Below, one piece after another: positions 24,840 to 35,349 of a stretch of DNA of 64,000 nucleotides. The DNA is taken from the NCBI GenBank assembly GCA_011109175.1, contig RDEW01000019.1:370028-434027 (forward strand), read 5' to 3'. The notes under the pieces were generated by a model that worked only from the letters and a program-made list of their open reading frames with translations, searched no databases and was not told the origin of the DNA. Numbering within the stretch: position 1 is the stretch's first letter; every line of letters begins with the position of its first letter. A program made the position numbers and the translations under genes. The stretch comes from Dicyema japonicum. Lineage: Eukaryota > Animalia > Dicyemida.

Positions 24840-26590
24840 ACTATGAGGGGAAGGGTTGAGGCTACAAAAATTGATATGAAGAATCCCTTTTTTTGGAAAT
24901 GCTATCAGAAGATAATGTGTCCGAAGTCGGGTCCAGAAAAAATTATACTGGATAAACCAGACGGGGGAGTATGCATAACGAAGGAAACACCTTCGATATT
25001 CAGGAATCAGCTCCAAAAAATTCAGGGTGTGGATCCATGGAGTTTGATCCCTGATGACAAAAAAAGGTTTCTGCCGATATATTTGAACACTCCGACGGGA
25101 ACTACCTATTGCTGATAGCTCTGTCAGCATCTTTGAAGTGATGACAGCTATCAGGGAATGCAAGGTCAATGCTCCAGGATATGGCCATATATCAATGAAA
25201 CTTATCAAAGAGGTCCGGATAGTTTGTTTGACTATCTGCGATGTTTTTATGATGGGTGTTTGCGACTTGGCCACTTGCCTTTAATATGGAAGAAAGCTGT
25301 TGTGAGGATGATTCCAAAACCAGGGAAGCCAAAGAGAGATCCGGCAAGCTACAGACAATTAGCTTAATATGTTCTTTCGCGAAAGTGATTTAACGTATCA
25401 TTTTCAAAAGGCTAAGTAGACATATAGAAGAAACAACTTTCTGATTCCGGAGCAATGTGGTTTTCGTCCCGGAAGAGGCTGTACAGACTGTTTCTTTCTA
25501 CTGAATTCTGAGATCATGAAAGCAAAGGATTCTAAGAGAAAAATAAACTTATTATGTCTTGATATCTCTAAAACATTCGAGAGTGTATGCCATGAAGCGT
25601 TGTTAAAGCAGCTTGTATCAGCATATGTTCCAAGATACCTATTTGTTTGGCTAAGAAATTATCTTCAGGAAAGACAATTTTTTGTGAAGGTGTGTGGATA
25701 TATATCTGATGCAATATCATTCAAAAGAGGAGTCCCTCAAGGTTCAGTATTGAGCCCTATTTTGTTTAATATATTTATGGCGAGTTTTCCACGTCCGAGG
25801 AATATTAATACTAGTCTTCTTATTTATGCAGATGACGTAATCGTTGTGGACACATCTCTAAAATCTTCTATATCCGAAGGAAGAATCCGGGAGTATGTCG
25901 ACCAGATTGAGCATTGGTGCAACTTGAGAGGGCTAAAAGTCTCTGCTGAAAAATCTTGCGCACTCCGAATAAGCAGTTAGAAAAAGCACCTGAAACAAGA
26001 ATACACACTGTGAGTAAACAATTCACACATTCTGCGCTACCTGGGGGTCGACTATGGACACGCAGGAGATTACATGGACAACATAAAGGCGAAGAGAAAG
26101 AGAGCCTTTCAGTCGCTCTTATGTACACGGAAGTTACACGTTAGCCGTGACACTTACCTGTTTATCTTCAAGGGAGTTATTCTCCCTAGCCTACTCTATG
26201 GGTGCGAGGGGTGGTTCTTCTCTCCGAAAAGGGACAAGATCTTATCCCTCCTAGAGAAGACTAGAAGAGCTGCAATTGAGCTCTCCTTAAAAAAGAAACT
26301 GATAGACTGTCTAAAAGAAGAGGAAAACAAGCTCCTGGAACCGATTAGCAAGATTGTGGAGGATCGGATCAATGGTTTCAGGAGGAGATCAAAGGTCCAG
26401 GACACATACATAAAGCTGGAAGAATAAAGATTAAAAAGCTGGGAGAAACGTTCTGAAAAAGATTAATAATAAAAAAAAGGAGAAAGGGTCCAGGAGTGGA
26501 GTCCAAACCTTATGGTAGGACTCAGATGTAATACCCTCCAGAAATCTCCTTAACTCTTTTGTCAATAAATCGTTGTTGTTGTTGTTGCAC
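24840..26590 (+). mobile_element. 5'-truncated Jockey/I-like LINE RT with (TTG)n tail
   Basis: APG, WKKAVVRMIPKPGK..DP.SYR, QCGFRPGR, LDISKTF, GVPQGSVLSPILFNI, IYADD; aataaa followed by (ttg)n at about 26566-26587. Confidence 0.92.
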
Positions 26591-26663
26591 TAGTTTGGTC
26601 AAATTATATATATTAATTTGATAAATTATATCAAAAAATTTTTTTTGATTTTTTTCCAAGTCC

Positions 26664-26720
26664 ACTAGTGTAACGCGTAGCGCTCGGTAACGCGTTGCGC
26701 CTGTGACATTATAGTACATC
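26664..26720 (-). other. Possible Helitron-like 3' terminus remnant (hairpin + CTAG|T)
   Basis: Minus strand ggcgcaacgcgttaccgagcgctacgcgttacaCTAGt: GC-rich inverted repeat just before CTAG followed by T; duplicated at 62245-62295. Confidence 0.3.
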
Positions 26721-27910
26721 GTCTAATGCCAAATGCCGAAATGATTCTACCTGATGTCCAAGCAGGATTTAGGAAAGGACGAAGCACACGTGACCATATA
26801 GCAAATGTCCGGTGGATTATGGAGAAAGCCCATGAATCCAAAAAGAGTTTATAAATGTGCTTCATTGACTATCGGAAAGCTTTTGATTCCGTTATACATG
26901 ACAAGCTGTGGTCCGCTTTAAAAGAATTTGGATTCGATGCCCATCTGATATTGCTTATCAAATCTCTTTATAAGGATCAAGAATCTACTGTTAGAACAGT
27001 GTATGGAGATCCGATTGGTTTAAAATTAGTAAAGAGTAAGACAAGGATGCTTATCATCTTCCATCCTATTCAATATTTATGCCGAAATGATCATGGTTAA
27101 ATTGGATATTGTATCAAATAATTGGATTAAAATTGGAGGCACCAACATAAATAATTTGCGCTATGTTATCGATACAACCTTACTGGCTGAAACAGAGAAT
27201 GGCTTTAGGGAGTTGATTCTAAGATTCAGAGAATAGAGCGTCGTCTTTGGTTTATTGCTAAATATCAAGAAGACCAAAATTATGACTACTGCATTAATGG
27301 AACTAAAAATTGGGAATAAGAAACAAGAGATTTGAGATAATTTTGTCTTTCTGGGATGTCTAATTAATCGGAATAATGACGGAGGTTTGTAAATCAAGAA
27401 AAGAATTGCCATGGACGAGACACCTTCCAGAGAATGAATAGAATTTGGAAAAGCAAAGATATTTGCTTAAGGACCAAATGCAGACTGGTTAATGTAATCG
27501 TGTTACCGGTTTTCCTATTCGCGCAGAATCATGGATACTGAAAAAGGTGGATAGACGAAAAATTGATGCTTTTGAGCTGGTACTGTGGAGGTTACTAAGA
27601 ATCCATTGGACTTTTAAATTAACAAACATTGATGTACTCAAACGGGTGGAAACGGACATTTCGCTAAAGGAAGAATCGTAAAACACAGATTGGCGTTTAT
27701 TGGGCATGTTGTCCGCTCTGATTCCTTGAAAGAACCATTATGCTGAGCAATATCACTCGGAAGAAAAGACCTGGCCGACCAAAGACTTGTAGCTATCCAC
27801 GGTGGAGGAGGTCACGGGAATTCCTATATCCAAATTGCAACGGATCGGGAGAGTGGAGGAAACTCGTTCATGCGATCTCCAAGGACACGACTTAATTAAA
27901 CAACACAACA
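26720..27910 (+). mobile_element. RTE-1/BovB-like LINE RT, decayed
   Basis: QAGFRKGRSTRDHIANVR, CFIDYRKAFDSV.HDKLW, RQGCLLSPILFNIY (clearer in copy B), GIKIGG.NINNLRY, FIGHVVR, PGRPK. Confidence 0.92.
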
Positions 27911-27919
27911 TATAATCAT

Positions 27920-28295
27920 TATTTCATAGTTGCTACCATCCATTTAGACCATAGTTCCAGGTATACCCATGTTCCTGAATTGCATAGCAATATTAGCATA
28001 ACAAACATGTCGTATTGTCGAAAACGAAGTTTCAGTGAAGTGATTATAATTATGTCCTGACTAAGAAAATGTGATTTTAAGATGTATCTCTGTTTTTTTA
28101 GCACTAATTCATTTTATTCTTTACAACAAGCCGTAGTTTTTGTTACAGTGCAAAATATAAGACTTTTCTTCGTCTAAATAAATTTTTAATAAAGTTTCTT
28201 AACATGAGGTATGTCAAGTGGAGTAATATCCATCTGTCAAGATTATTAATGATTTTCTTTATTTTCTTTAATTTTTCTTGAGTCAATCGCACTAG
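27920..28295 (-). mobile_element. 5' part of Ginger/GIN-like integrase ORF
   Basis: LVRLTQEKLKKIKKII...; nucleotide similarity to 17380-17530 and 48180-48320; duplicated at 63450-63830. Confidence 0.6.
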
Positions 28296-28307
28296 AAAAA
28301 TTTATTT

Positions 28308-28900
28308 TTAATTAAGCATTTCACGAGAGCCATGTACAGTAAAAACAATGTTAGATGTCATCCTTTTCCATGCTCCTCTGTTTTTAGCCAAAGCTCTCAT
28401 AGTGTCAAGGTTGTCGGCAGTTTTTAAATTTCTTTTAATTTTAACCAGGTTTTTTTTTTGTAAAACTGTTAACATTGTTGTACTTGGTCTTCGACGATAG
28501 CGGCCTTCTTGACTATCATAGTATGTTTCCATAGATTTGTTAGGTGGGGATGTTAATTCCATCCTCAGCACGTGTCCGAAAAGCTTCCTTCGGGATTCTA
28601 GTAATTGTAAACTGATAGGTATAGTGCTACATCTCTTAAATAAAGCATTTCTCTATTTTCTCGTGGGCCAAGTAGTTCCTGTTATTTTTCTCAGCTCAAC
28701 TTTGTGGAACAAGTCTAGTTTTATGATCCTCGGTGTCATAAACTGGATTCCAGCCAAATTTGTTGGAGAGTATTTTTAACATGTGAACGTCGCAAGCAAT
28801 GTTTCGACCATTAGCGAATGGGAATATCGTGTATCCCTTCGGGGTGTTGCCAACGCAAAGGAAGAAACATTTTTTAAAGTCAAGTTGTTATCTCATGTTG
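28308..28900 (-). mobile_element. RTE-like LINE C-terminal fragment
   Basis: KLDLFHKVELRKITGTTWP...RRKLFGHVLRM...LKTADNLDTMRALAKNRGAWK; same subfamily as 51120-51400 and 47690-47910. Confidence 0.75.
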
Positions 28901-30763
28901 GGTACCAGCCATAAATCAGCTTAAGGACTGATAACCATCGATTCAGAGTCCAGAAATGCATTTTCATTAACACAAAATTAAGGTCAAAACGGAGCAAGGT
29001 AGCTATTCTCACTGCCTCGTCGTCAGAACGTTGCCAATTTTACCACATTGATAAACATTCAACTAAGCATTTTTTAATTAATTTCTACTCGTCTTGAAGC
29101 AGACTTCCAGTATCATATTGGTCTCAATTAACTCTTTCTTTTTCAAACCATATTTAATGTGATTTCAGATTAATTCGGTCATTTAGATCAATAAGAAAAT
29201 GTCATCCTAATCGTCCACAGATCCAGAAATAAGAGAAGTGGTAAAGTCAGAATAAACCAATTGCATCAACATTTGGTTGCGAATAATATTAAGAATACTA
29301 ATAGCATCTATAGTCATCAAATGTATATTTAAAATTACATTAACGATTGACCTAATTTTAAGGTCAAGGAGAAATATGACCTATTTTTACTTTCAAGTAG
29401 AAAAGAACATCGGAGTTTGAAAATCTTTTAGTCCTGATAGATCAATATGTAGCCAAAATTGCACAAAAAATTTATTTTGTCGTCAAACGATTACCTTATT
29501 CGATTTTTTAATATTTCACATAAAATCAATTCGAGAGAGAACAATATCATCTATTTGATTCTAAAGAAAGCAAAAGATTTTCCCATCATACTCAGGCTAA
29601 CTACTTCATACTGCTTTGTGTTGACTTCACGTCTAATCCTCCAAAATTAGACCAATTTAATTAACTTGCTGTACTCTTGTCTGAACAAAATTTTCATTTA
29701 CCCTGCAGTACTCTTGTTAGAAAAAGAAATATATATCATCATACTTCAAAACCAAAATCCAGGTCATCCGCATATCATAATTCCTAGATAGAAGTAGGAC
29801 AATCTTTATCTCTCAAATTACGAAGAGCAGCTTCCAGATAGACAACAAAAGGATTGGTTATTGTGAGTCAACTTCTGAAGTGTCAATGTGCGTAGCCTCT
29901 CTTCAGATTCACTTAAAATTTTATTTTTGCGCAAATTGACCTGTAATTAAACATTATTCAAAAGGTATTAAACTTTTTGACACAATTTTTAAACATTTTG
30001 ATAAAGTTACTAAACATTAAGGCAAAGTTATTAGACATTTTTGACAAATTTATTAAATTTTATGGTAAAATTATTAAACAAATCGAAAACCCATGTTAAT
30101 TGTGTGAATTTAATTAAATTATTTTTTAATTTTATTTTTAATCCAACACTTTAGTTAATAAAATTATTATTAATTATGACGACTGTATTTCATGTAGTAA
30201 TTTTTATTTCTTGTGGTTATCTTATATTCATTATTTTGGTATTTAATCTCATAGATGTTCACTTTTTTCGTGTTAAACTTGTCATTCGATATTTTGACAT
30301 CACAGAATTTATGCAAAAACGATTCAATAATAGATAGAGCTCTGTATTAAATATAAATTATTAAGATATTGGATTAATTGTACATATTCGATAACTGGCC
30401 TACCTGAATTTTATGTAGCTGCATTAATTGTTCAAAATATTGAATTTGAACCTGATGTCAACTTTTCATTATTGAGAATGAAGTTAGATGAATTGTAATT
30501 ATTATTAAATATTCATAGTCGTTGTGGTTATTATGATGAAAGTTTAAAATCTGTAGACAACAAAACATTCCCGCCTACTATTTACTACTTGTTATATATA
30601 TTTTTAAATTTATAGAGATTTTAGAGAATGTGATTCCCTCAGATTCATATCGATCGAATTTGCGGAAAATTTATCAATGCTTTACGAAATGTAGTTTTTT
30701 TGTAATTAATGTAGATCTTTCCTCTAAGAATAAATGTCATTCAACTTTTTAAAGTTATTCCTA
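28720..30763 (+). repeat. Inverted segmental duplication, copy B (partner 1-2090)
   Basis: Reverse complement of window start; a further partial copy of about 29755-30060 lies at 41217-41600. Confidence 0.92.
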
Positions 30764-31520
30764 CAGTGTTTATATACATGAGTATTTTTAATAATAATAA
30801 TATAGAGTTATCGTTTGCACTGATTCATTCGATAATCCTGAGGCGTATGATATTATATTTAGTATAGATATATAGGAAGATTTGGTTCACGATTTTATCT
30901 CAAAGACAATAAATTGTATATGTAGAAAATAATATATTTAGAAAAGGCGGCAGGCGGACAAGTGAATTACGTAATTAATAATGTTATTTCAGTCTGCAGT
31001 GCCAATAAAAACAAGTATAATGTACTTGGAACTTGCGGAGTTAAATTTAACATTTAACTAACTTAATCGTTCATTTTTCTGGGATATAAATTGTTTTAAT
31101 TAATTCAAATTTATTAAGATTTAATTAATATCCTGGTTGAACAACTGAATCACACAGCTATACTCTTGTCTCTAAAAGAATAATTTCACTTCAAAAAACG
31201 ATTACAGAAAGAATCGACTTAGATAAGTATTAAAGAACGGACGTTTTTCCTCAGATTCATCCAGAACGACGTGAGCATTATCCTAGTTAATAACATAAGG
31301 ACTTAAACTATTAGCTTTACTCACACACGAATACTCTATAATGAAAAGGAATATGTTCAAACAGTTGAGAACGATGATGGGACTATAGACTCATGTGGAA
31401 CATCTTCATTTTACTGCGAATAGTGCAATATAAACCAAAATAGAGTTGTCTAATAAAATATTTTGACCAGAATGGTTTATGCAACATTTTTCGATAGACT
31501 CCGAAATTGATCAAAACACT
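30176..31520 (+). pseudogene. Extracellular LRR-receptor-like gene with micro-introns, damaged
   Basis: Leader MTTVFHVVIFISCGYLIFIIL; cap YWINCTYSITGLPEF; 72-nt exon 30519-30590 and 75-nt exon 30616-30690 (LDFRECDSLRFISIEFAENLSMLYEI) in phase 2; GT-AG introns 30344-30365, 30495-30518, 30591-30615, 30691-30714, 30782-30805, 30916-30941, 30971-30992; later LRR-like pieces KNRLR.IKERTF, IMKRNMFKQLRTMMGL, FDRLRN. Confidence 0.65.
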
Positions 31521-31789
31521 CGCATGAAGACATAAACGTTTATCTTCCCTACCTATAAAGAACACAGTAAAACGAAGCACAAAATTAATAAAAACCAACT
31601 ATACCCCCTTTCTAGAACACCAATTCGGGTAACCCTTATCGAATACTCAAAACAAAACCAAACATAACTAGATCCTTCTCCACAAACATACAGGTACACA
31701 GCGACAGCTTGAATCACACCAAGTTCATCTTGAGAATGAAATGCGCTTTTTTTCAATTAATTATAAAATTGGTTTCTTTTAATTTGACC

Positions 31790-31950
31790 CTTGACAAAGT
31801 TATTAAGTATTTTGACAAATTATTAAACATTTTGACTAAGTTATTAAGTATTTTGACAAATTATTAAACATTTTGACAAAGTTATTAAGTATTTTGACAA
31901 AATTATTAAATATTTTGACAAAGTTATTAAATTTTATGACAAAGTTATTA
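31790..31950. repeat. Tandem array of 20-21-bp units ttttgacaaa(g)ttattaa(g/a)(t/c)a, about 8 units
   Basis: Read directly; degenerate related arrays at about 690-800(-), 29950-30080 and 41510-41600. Confidence 0.85.
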
Positions 31951-34900
31951 AATAAATAGGAAAACTCTGTATTTTCTTTGTTGCTTTTAGATTATCTTTG
32001 CCTCAGTTGCAGATATTTAATTGGTGATATTAAATCTATTATTTAAGATCAAATATTAATGTCAAAATGACAATTCAATGTCAAATGATTACGACTCTGG
32101 CCCAGTAACGAGTGTGGATCTTCGCATTAAAGTTTATTGAGAATGTTTCTTCGATTCAACGAAGGAAAGAAAATAAAGTTTTCATAATGAATAATATCTT
32201 AGTTCCCATAACTTTATTGACTCAGATGACAATTATCAGGATTGTCGACCTTATATTTGAATATTCTTTTGGCTTGTAGAAGAATACTTAAGTAACCAAT
32301 AAAAGGTGTGATGTGGACAAAGCCAAATCTATATTAGTGCATACTGTGGAATAACCTGTGTTGAAGGGTGTTTTAATTCTAATTGATATTACATCTAAGA
32401 AAGAACTAAAAGGCTCGTCAACAAGGAATGGTCAACAGAAGCTGGAAAAACCACTCTTCATATTTTCATTTGAGGAATCATTTCGCATGAATGGAAGAGG
32501 TCTTAATACGTGCCAACTTGAATGTGACGAGCTTTCTCTGGTATATAGACCAACAACTGAACCAAAGAGGCTAACTCACGCTAGATAACAAATACACGAG
32601 GACGACAATGCGGAGGCTCCCCAACCTCACCAGATCTTTACTTGCTAATCCATCCAATGAGAATCATTATTTGTACACGGATCACAATGCGACACTGAAA
32701 TTTTGAAGTTAAATTAAAATTAACAAAACCTTTTAAAACATTGTCGATTTCTTACGTGATTTATGGATTGGGTTCATGTCCGTCATTAAGGGTTGCCTCT
32801 CAAATAGGATGGAGAACCTCCCCTCTATAGGACGTCGCCGTTTGATTTTGAGCTTAAGTTATTCTGCAGCGCTCAATATGTTTATTTTTCAAGAAATTCG
32901 GCATTGAAACAATAGTTCTTATTAAGGAGAGAAACAAACTAAAGAGTAAACCACAAACCTTACTATAAGTTTTGGAGAATGGAGAAATTGCCGGACAAGC
33001 ACCTCCACAGACTGAATATGTATTATCTATGACCAATTATATAAAGAACACGTTATCCCTGGATATCTTTATAGCAGAGTTGAAGCATTCGGGACCACAT
33101 AATTGAGACGATAACCCAACTTTTCAGTCACTCGATATGCAAAAACAAATTTCCACCAATTTGGAAGAACTCTTTAATATATCCGTTATTGAATAGAATA
33201 AACTTGAGACGACCCTTGCTATTTCCGGCCAACATCAATACTGTGTGGATACCATGAACACAGGAAAAATTACTCCTCCAGAAATCACTCATTTTTACAA
33301 CCTACCTCATTTCTATATGATTCTACGGACACGAACCTGTTCAATATATCTATGAGTCAGTAAATTGTGTAAAGGTACATTAGAGAAAGGAAGATAGTGA
33401 CAGCAAATATTTTCTCCATTTCAACCCCCTAAGTAGTTCGCTTTCCTTGTCATTGGCCAAAAAGGATAAGTGAAAAGAGAAAATCACATGCCAAAATCTC
33501 AGAACCTCCCGAATGTGATCCATCAAGAATCTCCACTTAACCAACATTATTCAATCTTTTTCTTAAAGATTTTCACACTCCAAATACTGATAACATTTTT
33601 TTTGCGACTTTATAGTCGCATTAAGAGATCGATGTAAAGAAGAACCACAACCAAGAACACGAAAGACTCCGAAACAAATTAGTCTTTCGTTGATGACCTT
33701 AAAATAGCGTCTGCAATTTCACTATTTGTGAAAGAAATCAGGGTCAATTATGTCATTAATTACATTAGATTAAATTTAATTTTGTTTTTCTCTTTGTTTT
33801 AAAAGTGGTCCTTCAATTTTTTTTACTGTCAAAAATACAAAAAATGGCATTGTCTTAAAAGGTAGCCGACAGCTGGACTATGTCAAGCAAATAATCAATA
33901 TATTAGAGATTACTTTAGATCTTTGTAATGCTTACTAAGTTTATTTTTATAGTTGTTCATCTCAAAAAGATGCGCTTGTTAGGTGAGTTACTCTGCACAA
34001 CTTCTAACTAAATTTAGTACTTGATAAATATAGGTTCTGTACATTACTGATAAGACATGACTTGATTCTCATCAGTAATTCTCTATCGTGAGATCACAGA
34101 AATTGTATTAACACGATTAATGAATAATTTTAAAGCGAAAAATTTTGAAGTGATTAATTAAATGGTTTTGAGAAAATGCATGACTGAAGTTTCCTGGTTG
34201 AGGTGACTAAGTGTCATAAGTGCCGTACATATTTCAGTGACTCGTCGTAAGCTTAATGTCATGAACATTCTTTGATTTATCAATTGACCTAAAAATAATG
34301 AATTAACTAAGAATATCTCAATTTTGATAAAGAAAATAGGTTGAAAACCACTGTCTTGAACTATTATTGAGAATATTACTATACAACTAGCTTATAAAAT
34401 CTATTCTTTTATATAAAGATGGGACTTGGGCAACCTCTATAAAGGAAAAGGAGATGCTGGTCTCTTTTTACAGTTATCACTTGGGAAAAATAAATGAATA
34501 ATTTGTCGACCGGGATCTCATGTAAAGGAATCTAGTCCTGCTGATGATGGTGTCTCTCGCATTCTCCCAATTTTAAAATGTACTGAAGTTGTTATGTATT
34601 CAGAGTGCTTCTTCAGCATTCACCTCTTTTTCGTTCGATGTTCCTCATGAGATCCCTGTTTCTCCTGTAAACTCGCACGATTGTAATAACTCCATGTGAA
34701 ATTATTAAACCTGCAATAATAGCAGTAATATTTCCCATCAGTGGGAATGTCGTACTCAGACTTTCTATTTATTAGAATAGGCAGGTCCCTAACACTGTCC
34801 TGTATTGGTCGTTTAAAAATGTCAAATGCTTTATTTTTAACTTCATGGATGGTTTGAAATTTCATTTTACTGCTTCCCCATTAAAGTGCCACCTAAGCAA

Positions 34901-35035
34901 TATACGAAAACGTGATTATTTAATTTTAATTTTTTTAATTTTAATAAATTAAATATTTTTATGGCGATAGATACCAAGCAATCATTAAGAACCCACTTTA
35001 TTTTACCAACAATAACAAGTTAAGATGGAAAATAA

Positions 35036-35345
35036 CCGCGTGGCGCCATGTGGTGCATCGCGGCTAATTGATTGAAGTTTCTGTTTTTTTCGTCTGTTCC
35101 TCTTCTCTCTAACTATTAGAGTGGCATCATGTGATCCACTTGTCTAGGTGGCGTTTAGTGCCAGGCCTTCACGAAAAAAAGGATTATTTGCTCTCCCCCA
35201 CTCCACTGGAGGGGTTTCCACAACTGCAACTATGGACGTCTTTTACCCTTTTTTCCGGATGTACTTTCTGTAGAAGTGGAAGCTGGATACACTTAATTAT
35301 TTGTTTACTTTAACTTCTTTCTCGGTGTATCCGGGGTTAATAATA
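35036..35345 (+). mobile_element. SINE-like non-autonomous element candidate (about 310 bp)
   Basis: 5' hairpin with A-box-like TGGCGCCATGTGG (shared with 13930); 3' end tttctcggtgtatccggggttaataataaa shared with LINE tail at 46988-47015. Confidence 0.45.
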
Positions 35346-35349
35346 AAAT

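Larger units (their letters stand above)
23501..28470 (+). repeat. Direct segmental duplication, copy A (partner 59088-64000)
   Basis: Near-identical sequence from ttgaaataacgaccaaggtt onward, offset about 35.6 kb; duplicate ORF-track entries (24486/60065, 25868/61450, 27919/63449). Confidence 0.97.

Noticed and set aside
28289-28300. cactagaaaaa as a CACTA/EnSpm terminal repeat (also near 17523 and 48314)
   Set aside because: Shared sequence extends to the left and is the LVR codons at the start of the minus-strand integrase ORF, not a TIR.
32854-33036. Cys/Met PLP-enzyme suggested by VIDNTY
   Set aside because: No following PLP-lysine motif; likely chance.
34620-34865. ZNF593/Bud20 or matrin-type zinc finger gene
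   Set aside because: YDIPTDGKYYCYYC is suggestive, but His spacing and flanks do not fit well enough to name it.
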